Source: Thermosynechococcaceae cyanobacterium MS004
GTDB lineage: Bacteria; Cyanobacteriota; Cyanobacteriia; Thermosynechococcales; Thermosynechococcaceae
Direction of reading: 5' to 3'
Length of the DNA: 32,000 bases
Assembly: GCA_022402525.1 (NCBI GenBank)
Contig: JAKRSB010000113.1
Coordinates: 1 to 32,000 of the forward strand
The notes beneath the pieces were generated by a model, which was not told the origin of the DNA, ran no database searches, and was given only the letters and a program-made list of their open reading frames with translations. The position numbers and the translations under genes were made by a program. This document shows positions 1 through 7,937 of the stretch, piece by piece (position 1 is the stretch's first letter; every line of letters begins with the position of its first letter).

Positions 1-71
1 AGACGAATTCTCAAGGTCTTGTGGACATTATCGCTTAAAAAGCAACAGGTCTTATACACCGCGTCGGATAT

Positions 72-1445
72 ATGGATAGGCGAAATTTCCTGAAAATATT
101 TGGTTTGACACTGGTGGGATCTGTCAATAGTTCCTGTGGCGAAGAATCCCCAAGATATACAGCGACATCCAGCAAGAAGCGCATCGTGGTAATTGGTGCA
201 GGATTGTCCGGCCTTGCTGCTGCCCAAGCATTGCATCGACAAGGACATGAAGTTGTCGTGGTTGAAGCTCGTGAGCGTATCGGTGGTCGAGTTTGGACAA
301 GTTCTAAGTGGACTGATATGCCCCTCGATTTTGGCGCGACATGGATACATGGAACTCAGGGCAATCCGTTAACTGATTTAGCTGAACAAATAAATGCTAA
401 ACGGCTCACAACTAGTTACGACAGGACAGTAACGTACAATACATCGGGACAGCCACTCTCCAAGGCAGAGGAAGTCCGTTTAGAAGATTTCAGGAAGCAA
501 GTGTTTGGGAAGTTGAAAAAGGCTCAGAACAAAGATCCAGATGTCTCGATTCAACAAGCGATCAAACCGTTGATGCGTCAAGTTGACAAATCCTCAGAGT
601 CATACCGTTTCATCAACTTTATTTTGAGTGGTGAGATCGAACAGGAGTATTCGGGAAGCACTGAAAGCCTCTCTGCACAATGGTTTGATAGTGCTCAAGA
701 ATTTGATGGCAATGATGACCTATTCGTTCAAGGATTTAAAGTCATCCCAGAATTTCTAGCCAAAGGGTTACAGATCGAACTGGGTCAGGTCGTGAAAGAA
801 ATTCAATGGCATCAATCGCCTGTTCGGGTGATTACTCAAAAGACCGATTTCCTAGCCGATCGTGTTTTAGTCACTCTACCGCTAGGGGTTTTGCAAGCTG
901 GAAAGGTTCGTTTCACGCCTGAATTACCTCGGAACAAACAGAATGCGATCGCCAAACTGGGCATGGGTGTTCTGAACAAATGCTATCTTCGATTTGCCGA
1001 TGTTTTTTGGGCTGCTAATGTTGATTGGTTAGAGCATATTTCGGCAAGTCATGGTGAGTGGACAGAGTGGGTGAGTTTCAAGCGAGTAGCTAATATGCCC
1101 ATACTGCTAGGATTTAATGCGGCTGATCGGGGAAGAGCGATTGAAGCATGGTCGGACAAACAAATCGTTGCGAGTGCAATGCAAACCTTAAGGACAATCT
1201 ATGGAGTCAGTATTCCTGAACCCATTGACTATCAAATTACCCGTTGGGCAACCGATCCGTTTTCGCTGGGTTCGTATTCATATAATCCTGTTGGTGCAGT
1301 ACCAAAAATGCGTCAAGAACTTGCTGCACCACTCGGAAGGTCTCTATTTTTTGCGGGTGAAGCATCTAATGAGGAGTATTTCGGGACTGCTCATGGTGCA
1401 TATTTATCTGGTCTACGTGCAGCCAAAGAAATCCTGCAAATATAA
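72..1445 (+). CDS. Flavin monoamine oxidase family protein (FAD-dependent amine oxidoreductase), probable Tat/lipoprotein-type export signal
   Basis: 457-aa ORF; N-term MDRRNFLKIFGLTLVGSVNSSCG (twin-arginine-like plus Cys); Rossmann motif VVIGAGLSGLAAAQALHRQGHEVVVVEARERIGGRVW; C-term FAD-binding RSLFFAGEASNEEYFGTAHGAYLSGLRAA. Confidence 0.9.
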   Translation: MDRRNFLKIFGLTLVGSVNSSCGEESPRYTATSSKKRIVVIGAGLSGLAAAQALHRQGHEVVVVEARERIGGRVWTSSKWTDMPLDFGATWIHGTQGNPLTDLAEQINAKRLTTSYDRTVTYNTSGQPLSKAEEVRLEDFRKQVFGKLKKAQNKDPDVSIQQAIKPLMRQVDKSSESYRFINFILSGEIEQEYSGSTESLSAQWFDSAQEFDGNDDLFVQGFKVIPEFLAKGLQIELGQVVKEIQWHQSPVRVITQKTDFLADRVLVTLPLGVLQAGKVRFTPELPRNKQNAIAKLGMGVLNKCYLRFADVFWAANVDWLEHISASHGEWTEWVSFKRVANMPILLGFNAADRGRAIEAWSDKQIVASAMQTLRTIYGVSIPEPIDYQITRWATDPFSLGSYSYNPVGAVPKMRQELAAPLGRSLFFAGEASNEEYFGTAHGAYLSGLRAAKEILQI

Positions 1446-1454
1446 TCTAGTGTT

Positions 1455-1542
1455 ACCCAACACCTTTCATGTACGCCGACCGCCGAAAGTTAATCGGCTA
1501 TGATACACAGGTTGTTGGCAGCGGGTGGTAGAAACGTTAGAC
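1455..1542 (+). repeat. attC-like recombination site A (candidate integron cassette end)
   Basis: R''-like ACCCAAC (1455-1461, RYYYAAC) and R'-like GTTAGAC (1536-1542, GTTRRRY). On the folded bottom strand all 7 positions can pair, three as G-T wobble. Inner arms AC(G)CCG (1473-1478) / CGGGT (1522-1526) with one bulged base; 9 nt between inner and outer 3' boxes; starts 9 nt after the preceding stop codon. Confidence 0.55.
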
Positions 1543-1940
1543 CTCTGAGATAACTAAGAGGACGCAAGCGGAAAATATTGACAGGAATGAGGCGAAGATA
1601 ATCTTGCGTTTTCGATCTTGACAACCAGAGTTGGCTGTGTTTCGATTTACTCAGGCAGTCGAATATCAATACCTAGATGTTCGTCTCATGGGCATTATCT
1701 CTAGTCCTCAGGTCAATGCATACCCAGTATTTTGGTCTAGCGTTCATTTGAGATGAGGGATTTCATTTCAGGTAAACGCTGGTTCAGCATACTAGATATG
1801 CACTGGTGTGAGGCTTGGAGATAGTGCGCTTGAGACGTTTACCAATAGGTGACAGGCTAGTGGTTTTCCCCGTGGGCGAGAACTTCGATGCTTATCCTGA
1901 TATTCCTTTGCTACAAACCCATGTAGAAAGGAAATTTACT

Positions 1941-2225
1941 ATGAACTCCAAGCAAAGACAAGCAAAGAAGGCTCAACTCATCGGTATCTTTGGTTTGTAC
2001 TGTTGGCATTGTAAGTGTCGCTTCCCTGCCGAGGATCTGACCCTCGACCATCTAGTACCCAAAAGCAAGGGCGGTTCCAATTCTTTAGGGAACTTGTGGT
2101 TAGCTTGTTTCCCGTGCAACAACTCCCGTGGAAACAATTTCTATCCACCCGCACGCTCGTTTGGGCATCTCAGTCAATCTTCAGTCAATGTAGCGAGGAA
2201 AAATGCACAAGCTCTTAATGTTTAA
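1941..2225 (+). CDS. HNH endonuclease domain protein (track ORF opens at 1815; ATG at 1941 is a plausible start)
   Basis: YCWHCKCRFPAEDLTLDHLVPKSKGGSNSLGNLWLACFPCNNSRGN: CxxC...DH...GG...N...C..CN, i.e. HNH plus zinc-binding cysteines. Confidence 0.85.
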   Translation: MNSKQRQAKKAQLIGIFGLYCWHCKCRFPAEDLTLDHLVPKSKGGSNSLGNLWLACFPCNNSRGNNFYPPARSFGHLSQSSVNVARKNAQALNV

Positions 2226-2886
2226 TGATGAGAAACTTCTACGCCGATCTCTAACTCACCGCTCATATGTCAATGAAAATTCTGGGGAAGGTGGAGATAA
2301 CGAGCGCCTAGAGTTTCTTGGTGATGCAATTCTCAATTTCATCAGTGGCGAATACCTTTATCAGGTTCATCCTGAAATGGGAGAAGATGAAATGACAAGA
2401 CGACGAGCAGCACTTGTAGACGAAAAACAACTCGCTAGATTTGCTATTGAAGTTGGATTAGACTTCAGGATGCGACTAGGGCAAGGTGCAATTCGTGAGG
2501 GTGGTTATCAAAATCCAAATCTCCTTAGCAGCACTTTTGAAGCAGTTATTGGGGCTTACTATTTAGATAACAAGCGCGACATTGAAGCACTGCGTCCTTT
2601 AGTAGAACAACTATTTAACTCTGTTCCTGAAGAAGTTATGGTGGTTCGCTCAAATATAGACTCAAAGAATAAGTTTCAGGAACTAGTGCAGGCAAATGGG
2701 GCAAAGACTCCTCCAAAGTATGTCACAGAAAAATTAGGTGGAGCAGATCATGCTCCAGAGTTTTTTTCTAAGGCTTATGTGGATGATAAACTCTATGGTG
2801 AAGGTAAAGGTCGTAGCAAGAAGGATGCAGAAAAACAAGCTGCTGAAGATGCTATAGCCACGCTAAAAAAACGAGGGTTTCTATGA
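2203..2886 (+). CDS. rnc: Ribonuclease III (catalytic RIIID plus C-terminal dsRNA-binding domain); ATG at 2218 is an alternative start
   Basis: Signature NERLEFLGDAILNFISGEYLY, second acidic motif TFEAVIGAYYLD, and dsRBD-like NKFQELVQANGAKTPPKYVTEK...GEGKGRSKKDAEKQAAEDAI. Confidence 0.93.
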   Translation: MHKLLMFNDEKLLRRSLTHRSYVNENSGEGGDNERLEFLGDAILNFISGEYLYQVHPEMGEDEMTRRRAALVDEKQLARFAIEVGLDFRMRLGQGAIREGGYQNPNLLSSTFEAVIGAYYLDNKRDIEALRPLVEQLFNSVPEEVMVVRSNIDSKNKFQELVQANGAKTPPKYVTEKLGGADHAPEFFSKAYVDDKLYGEGKGRSKKDAEKQAAEDAIATLKKRGFL

Positions 2887-2896
2887 TGCAGCCGAG

Positions 2897-2983
2897 GGCT
2901 AACAACCGCGCTGCACCGGAACACCTCAAAGCATCAGTTAAGATTCAAAGGTTGTCTGTGTCCGGTGAGGACGACCGTTAGCG
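2897..2983 (+). repeat. attC-like recombination site B
   Basis: Outer arms GCTAAC (2898-2903) / GTTAGC (2977-2982) perfectly complementary. Inner arms CACCGGA(A)CAC (2914-2924) / GTGTCCGGTG (2958-2967), 10 bp with one bulged A. Spacers 10 and 9 nt. Starts 10 nt after the rnc stop codon. Confidence 0.6.
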
Positions 2984-2998
2984 AGGAAAGCTTTTTCT

Positions 2999-3628
2999 AT
3001 GTTTAACAGACACTCCATTTTGAGCTTTCTTGATAATGCATTTCAGAGCATTGAAATGCCCAATTTTGGCAATGTCAATATTGATTATGTGTCATCACGT
3101 CTATTGGCCTATCGCAGTACAAATAAATGGCTACTGCTATTTAATTCAGTGGTTTGGTGGCCTGCCGCTGAAGGACTTATGGCGATCGTGGAAGCGGTGG
3201 GTACAGGCGTAGTTGGCAGGCAGGGTTTTGATAATGATCGAGCTTTTGTGCCGGGATGCATAGAATTAGATGATGAGGAAAACATTGTCAGTATCCTCGT
3301 TCGAGGAGAAGACATTGATCTCACTGGCTTGGCTATCCAGTCAAACTATGATGTTCAACCGGAATATGGCTTTTGGATATCTGTTGCTCTAGCTGAAAAG
3401 TACAAGGAGAGTTTATTAGCCACACAAACTGAAATTGAGCAATTCATCCCCCCTGACTTTCAGCACTTGCTCACCATTGACGAGTGGGATCATCCAACAT
3501 GGGACATGCCACCGAGTCGGACAGTGGGGTTTCCTCATATTGCGAATGTTTTAGTTGCATCAGATCCGTCACTTTGGATTCCTGTGGAAGCACCTAATAC
3601 GCACTGGTCCCATTGGCATCCAAAATAA
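2999..3628 (+). CDS. Hypothetical protein, 209 aa
   Basis: Complete ORF beginning 15 nt after attC-like site B with GAGGAAAG upstream, ending 9 nt before site C; no family recognised. Confidence 0.7.
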   Translation: MFNRHSILSFLDNAFQSIEMPNFGNVNIDYVSSRLLAYRSTNKWLLLFNSVVWWPAAEGLMAIVEAVGTGVVGRQGFDNDRAFVPGCIELDDEENIVSILVRGEDIDLTGLAIQSNYDVQPEYGFWISVALAEKYKESLLATQTEIEQFIPPDFQHLLTIDEWDHPTWDMPPSRTVGFPHIANVLVASDPSLWIPVEAPNTHWSHWHPK

Positions 3629-3637
3629 ATCTGTCAT

Positions 3638-3739
3638 GCCTAACAAGCCGTCTGCACACCGACCTATAAAATCGTTGATTGAAGCCTTGCTGATTGAAGC
3701 CAGCAGCTTTTTAGCAGCGGGTGAGGCATGACGTTACAC
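3638..3739 (+). repeat. attC-like recombination site C (more degenerate outer 3' box)
   Basis: R''-like GCCTAAC (3638-3644), R'-like GTTACAC (3733-3739, one mismatch to GTTRRRY). Inner arms CAC(A)CCG (3655-3661) / CGGGTG (3718-3723) with a bulged A. Spacers 10 and 9 nt. 5' arm closely resembles site B (TAACAA..CCG..CTGCAC) and 3' arm resembles sites A and B (GCAGCGGGTG / GGTGAGG..). Confidence 0.5.
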
Positions 3740-3766
3740 TACAAAACTAACGATGACAAAATAAAG

Positions 3767-3892
3767 ATGGCAAACACAGACGCCTATGAAGACAAGGTTG
3801 CTGGCGTAGTCGGCGATGCAATGGACAAAGTATGGAAAAGCATTATGAGTAAACTAGCCGCTAGCAATGTCTCAGGTATTGCGTTTCTCTAA
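3767..3892 (+). CDS. Possible small ORF (41 aa): MANTDAYEDKVAGVVGDAMDKVWKSIMSKLAASNVSGIAFL
   Basis: ATG 27 nt after attC-like site C; in-frame TAA at 3890-3892; no homology assigned. Confidence 0.25.
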   Translation: MANTDAYEDKVAGVVGDAMDKVWKSIMSKLAASNVSGIAFL

Positions 3893-3986
3893 ATCTGCTT
3901 TCTCGTCCTCACTCAGTTTGATGGGGACTGCGGATAGTCGGGGCATCTTTTGAACCCGTTTAATCTACGACCTCTCAATGGTAAGC

Positions 3987-4577
3987 TCACTTCAGACAAG
4001 CTGTATCAGGAAGATCTATCCCCTCAGCAGCGGACTTTTCATCGGGGGTTGCTGCATTCGACAATTCTTGGATCAACACCAGTAAGGTTTCCGCTACCGA
4101 TTGAGGTTGGGTTGGATTTAGTACAACATACTGATGAGCCGCATCGGTGTCAGCCAAAATCATTTGAATATCTTCAATCTCCCAGGCATCCGGGTGATCA
4201 GCATGAGTAATGCCAATCACCATCGGAATTTGTGTGCGCTGCTGCATAAAAGCTTTGATGCTACGAGCCGCACGCATACTGCCAGGAAGATGGGCAGGAA
4301 CTAGCAGAATATAACCATGGGCACCCTGAATCAGAATATCCCACATAAAGTCAAAGCGAGATTGTCCAGGGGTTCCATAAATTTGTACCCACATTTCATC
4401 CCCTAGGGTGATTCGACCAAAATCCATTGCAACGGTTGTGCCTGATTTCATCTCAGCCGTTTCATCCGTGGGCCTGCGATCAGTATCGACAACCTCTATT
4501 TCGCTGATGGAGCGAATAAACGTTGTTTTTCCTGCACCAACAGGGCCAGTCACAACAATTTTAAGGAGATTTCGCAT
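3987..4577 (-). CDS. Small Ras/MglA-like GTPase (ATP/GTP-binding protein)
   Basis: P-loop VVTGPVGAGKTTFIRSI; switch region YGTPGQSRFDFMW; ITHADHPD in place of NKxD. Confidence 0.85.
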   Translation of the reverse strand: MRNLLKIVVTGPVGAGKTTFIRSISEIEVVDTDRRPTDETAEMKSGTTVAMDFGRITLGDEMWVQIYGTPGQSRFDFMWDILIQGAHGYILLVPAHLPGSMRAARSIKAFMQQRTQIPMVIGITHADHPDAWEIEDIQMILADTDAAHQYVVLNPTQPQSVAETLLVLIQELSNAATPDEKSAAEGIDLPDTACLK

Positions 4578-4637
4578 CGTTTATCGCTTAGTTCTAGGAG
4601 AAGACAAAGGCTGTGTTCAACTGGCCAAAGGTGTTGG

Positions 4638-5108
4638 TTAACCTACGGGGTCAAACTCAAATACATCTTGATGACTACCTCGCAAAACAGATTCAGTCTG
4701 ACGCCCCCGTAACCGCTTACCAGATACCGTCTCCAAGACACCCTGTACGGCACCCAGCGTAAAGCCACATACCCGGCTCGAACCAAGTTCCTCTCCAGAA
4801 GAGCAGACGGTTTCACGGGTATAAACTTTATAACCTTCACCCTTAGGCTCAATTTTGTCCAAAATCAAAAGGCGAGTACCCTCTTTACCTAAGGCAAAAG
4901 CAACTTTACTGGTGATGTCTTCAAGGGATAGAGATGAATTATCTAGACCAATAGATGCAGCTAGATTTCGGCCACGGGCACGACCGGCGGCAACCAAAGC
5001 AATTTGGGTGGTCTTATCGCCCAGGGCTTCCTCAATTCCTGTAATAATGGCCTTGAGACAAATGATACTGCTAAAGTCTCCCAACTCAGGGCGTAATTCT
5101 GTAGTCAT
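4638..5108 (-). CDS. Conserved hypothetical protein in Roadblock/GTPase operon
   Basis: 156-aa ORF co-oriented with neighbours; C-term CSSGEELGSSRVCGFTLGAVQGVLETVSGKRLRG vaguely resembles V4R-like sensor proteins (weak). Confidence 0.7.
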   Translation of the reverse strand: MTTELRPELGDFSSIICLKAIITGIEEALGDKTTQIALVAAGRARGRNLAASIGLDNSSLSLEDITSKVAFALGKEGTRLLILDKIEPKGEGYKVYTRETVCSSGEELGSSRVCGFTLGAVQGVLETVSGKRLRGRQTESVLRGSHQDVFEFDPVG

Positions 5109-5161
5109 GACTTACTATTTTGCTCCAAAATCTTTAAGTGTATTTAGCGCTGAGGATTGTT

Positions 5162-5554
5162 TTAAACTGCGGCAAAAGATGAACTAGAGCCCATTGCTGC
5201 ACTTACTTTTTCGCTCATTTGCTTAATTTGTAAAAACAGCATTCCTTGCTTGGCATCTTTACTGGCCAGAGTGAGTAGCATTGCATCATCTCCACAGCTA
5301 GTGAGTACTCCGTAACCAGCATCTCCTTGTACAAAGACTCGATCAATGTTTCCACGAGCCAATTCTTTTCCGATTCGTTCGCCCAGAGAAAGCATTGCTG
5401 CGGACATGGCTGCAGTTTTTTCTTCATCCATCGCATTGGGCAAAACCGATGCTAAGGGCAAGCCATCGGGCGTAACAACCGCTGCGCCCTGAATATCAGG
5501 GCTGCTGACAACGTAACTTTGAAGCAAGCCTTGTAAAGCGGATAAACTGGACAT
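5162..5554 (-). CDS. Roadblock/LC7 domain protein (MglB-like)
   Basis: DIQGAAVVTPDGLPLASVLPNAMDEEKTAAMSAAMLSLGERI...RVFVQGDAGYGVLTSCGDDAMLLTLASKDAKQGMLFLQIKQ. Confidence 0.88.
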   Translation of the reverse strand: MSSLSALQGLLQSYVVSSPDIQGAAVVTPDGLPLASVLPNAMDEEKTAAMSAAMLSLGERIGKELARGNIDRVFVQGDAGYGVLTSCGDDAMLLTLASKDAKQGMLFLQIKQMSEKVSAAMGSSSSFAAV

Positions 5555-5907
5555 AGTGCATCTCCATGAAGATAATTCAAAGTCAAGCGAGAAAGCTATT
5601 GCTTATCTTGGTGTGACTGGCATTTTAAAAATCATAAATTTACTAAAGTGTGCCAACTTCACAGCGCAATTAAATTATTTAGCTTTACCCTAGGATGCCC
5701 ATCTCTGTAATGTAATAGACATCATTAAAATATATTCTTATGATCATATTTATTTTTTTTATTTTTATATCGAAATTTATAAATAATTTATTATAAATAA
5801 AGAGATGTGAGTCATGACTGCGATCTGAGTCAGACAGATAAAACAATCAAGACTTCTTCTTTAATTAAAGAGGAAATTAATTATTAAATTCTCATATATC
5901 AAATCAA

Positions 5908-6759
5908 CTAGCGAATTGATTTTAGAACTGATGTCAACCTTTTAAGAAGTGTTAGATTAAGAGTCGAGCTTTCTGACTTTGACGTTTTCAATTCTTTTTG
6001 TAGTGTTGTTGGTTTTTCTGGGCTTGAAGTTAGAGCTTGATCTGTGGGCTGAGTTAAAGATGCTGGAATTTCTTCAATTAAGCCGACTTGCATCAGTCTA
6101 TAACAAGCTTTGCGGGTCTCAAGTAGATCTGAATTCAGCCGCTGTGCAATAACACGCACAGAATTCTGCGGTGCGATTTGCATCCAGGCATTCCATTCTA
6201 AGTCTGAGAGTTTTAGTATCGGGGGTTCGGTAACAATCTTGGTGAAGATGCTATCCGGCAACGGGAGATTTTTATGATTTTGAGTTTGAAGCTCAACTCT
6301 ACGCAGTCCTTCTATGGCTGCATCCATGCCACCTTTACTCATCCCAGTCATTTCATCAAAAGGCGGAGATACGTTGGGAGCAAAGCGAAATTGACCTGAC
6401 TGAAGCGCGAATAAGTCATACAGTCCAACTTGGAGCTGTTTCCGAAAAACAGTCGCAAGCTGAGATGCAGAGATATATGCTCGTTTTTTCAGAAAGATTC
6501 CGATGGGTTCATTTAACGAAAATAGGGTATTTATCTGTGCAATCACTTCTTGATCAATGTCTTGACAGTCCATTAGCAACTGCTTTAAAAGATGTTGTTT
6601 TTCAGGAGAAAGTGTGGCGACAATCCGTCCTTGAAAAAACCAAATCCTATAAATACCATTTTGAGACCAGATGGAGAGTTGTCCGGTCTTGGCAGCACGT
6701 TCAAACATTTGCAATATATCTGCCAAGGAAACCTCAGACAAATCACCTAGCATGGCCAT
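5908..6759 (-). CDS. DUF4388/PATAN-domain protein with C-terminal winged-helix-like segment
   Basis: N-term MLGDLSEVSLADILQMFERAAKTGQLSIWSQNGIYRIWFFQGRIVATLSP; region around VRVIAQRLNSDLLETRKACYRLMQVGLIEE. Confidence 0.8.
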   Translation of the reverse strand: MAMLGDLSEVSLADILQMFERAAKTGQLSIWSQNGIYRIWFFQGRIVATLSPEKQHLLKQLLMDCQDIDQEVIAQINTLFSLNEPIGIFLKKRAYISASQLATVFRKQLQVGLYDLFALQSGQFRFAPNVSPPFDEMTGMSKGGMDAAIEGLRRVELQTQNHKNLPLPDSIFTKIVTEPPILKLSDLEWNAWMQIAPQNSVRVIAQRLNSDLLETRKACYRLMQVGLIEEIPASLTQPTDQALTSSPEKPTTLQKELKTSKSESSTLNLTLLKRLTSVLKSIR

Positions 6760-7194
6760 AATTAAATGCTCTCTACCCTATCGCACTCAATAAACTATCT
6801 TTCAAGCAAGAGGAGTTTAGTCTCTATATACACTGAAATTAACGTTGAAATTAATGCTGAAATTAATTCAAAAATCAAATACTAAAATAATTGAACTTGA
6901 AACATATATACCGTACAAAATGTTCATTTTTTATTGTCTAATGACAATATCTTAGATTTCAAAGAGGAGTAAAAAAAAGACTCGTTCATCTCATCAACTC
7001 TAGATCGTCAAAGACAGAAAGAAAACCTTCTTCAAGGATCTTTAAGCACACTGAGCGCACGAAAACCTTATCTGGTGTAGATTGAACAACGCAGATGCAA
7101 CAAACTATGTGACAAATTTTTTATATGAATTTTTCTAGAGCTATCGACTACCTAGAGCACTAGAGGTCAGGCACCATCCTCATAGTGACTCTAC

Positions 7195-7461
7195 ATGAAT
7201 TTCCATCAGGCTGCACCAGCTTATGTGGACGAAATAAATAGAACGAAAGCTATCCGTATCGTGCCCAGGAAAACAACCATTCCTGAACAGCTTGCAATCA
7301 ATTATTTGAATCTTTATGATAGATTTTATCTATGCTGTTTTGACCAGCATTGCTGGAACCCTTCTGTGTCTGGGGTTAATACTTTAGGAGTATATCAACT
7401 TTGCGATGAATACAGCTACTTAGAGGCAAAATTAAGCTTTCTCAGACTTACTGCTGAGTAA
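7195..7461 (+). CDS. Hypothetical protein, 88 aa
   Basis: Isolated ORF, no family recognised. Confidence 0.35.
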   Translation: MNFHQAAPAYVDEINRTKAIRIVPRKTTIPEQLAINYLNLYDRFYLCCFDQHCWNPSVSGVNTLGVYQLCDEYSYLEAKLSFLRLTAE

Positions 7462-7937
7462 TAATTCAGCTAAGAGATCCTTTGACGAAGCCTCTAAATT
7501 TATTAAAGTCCTTGATGTGAAAGGCTTTTGCTTCTGAATATAGTTACTTAGCGCAAAGTAGGAATACATCCAATGCTCTTATTATCCAGTGAGTAAACAA
7601 TGTGGCCTGTACAATAGCTACAGTTCGATAGGTGACTCAGATTGCCATCCCAGCTTTGCGCTGCGCTCGCTAAAAGCTTGCTTGAGAACTTTCTAACATC
7701 TTGCAGTCACCCCCTAAGTTCCCCAAAATGGGGGACTTTATCCATTTTTAAGCTCCCCAGAATGAGAGGTCGGGGGTTGATGATGGCGGACGAACTTTCA
7801 AAACAACCTCTTAGCGGAGACCTAGGCTCAGCTTCTTTGGTCTATACAGGGCATCCGCGTAGACCTGTCCAAAGCCCATGCTTGGATTTTGTCGGAGTAG
7901 TGAACCAGCCAGAGAAATTCGAGGGGGCGTAAGATAA

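Noticed and set aside
1815-1940. 42-aa N-terminal extension of the HNH ORF
   Set aside because: No recognisable domain. ATG at 1941 gives a compact HNH protein with gaaagga upstream, so the extension is probably not translated, though not excluded.
3109-3324. Minus-strand 71-aa ORF inside the 209-aa hypothetical gene, and similar antisense/nested ORFs (e.g. 4643-4852, 4855-5187, 14311-14529, 17732-18665, 19375-19722, 22850-23293, 31701-31988)
   Set aside because: All lie antisense to or nested in well-supported coding regions and show no domain signatures.
7642-7932. Track ORF of 96 aa (MPSQLCAALAKSLLENFLTSC...)
   Set aside because: Spans repeat-like cccctaagttcccc spacer sequence with low-complexity, non-protein-like translation; likely spurious.
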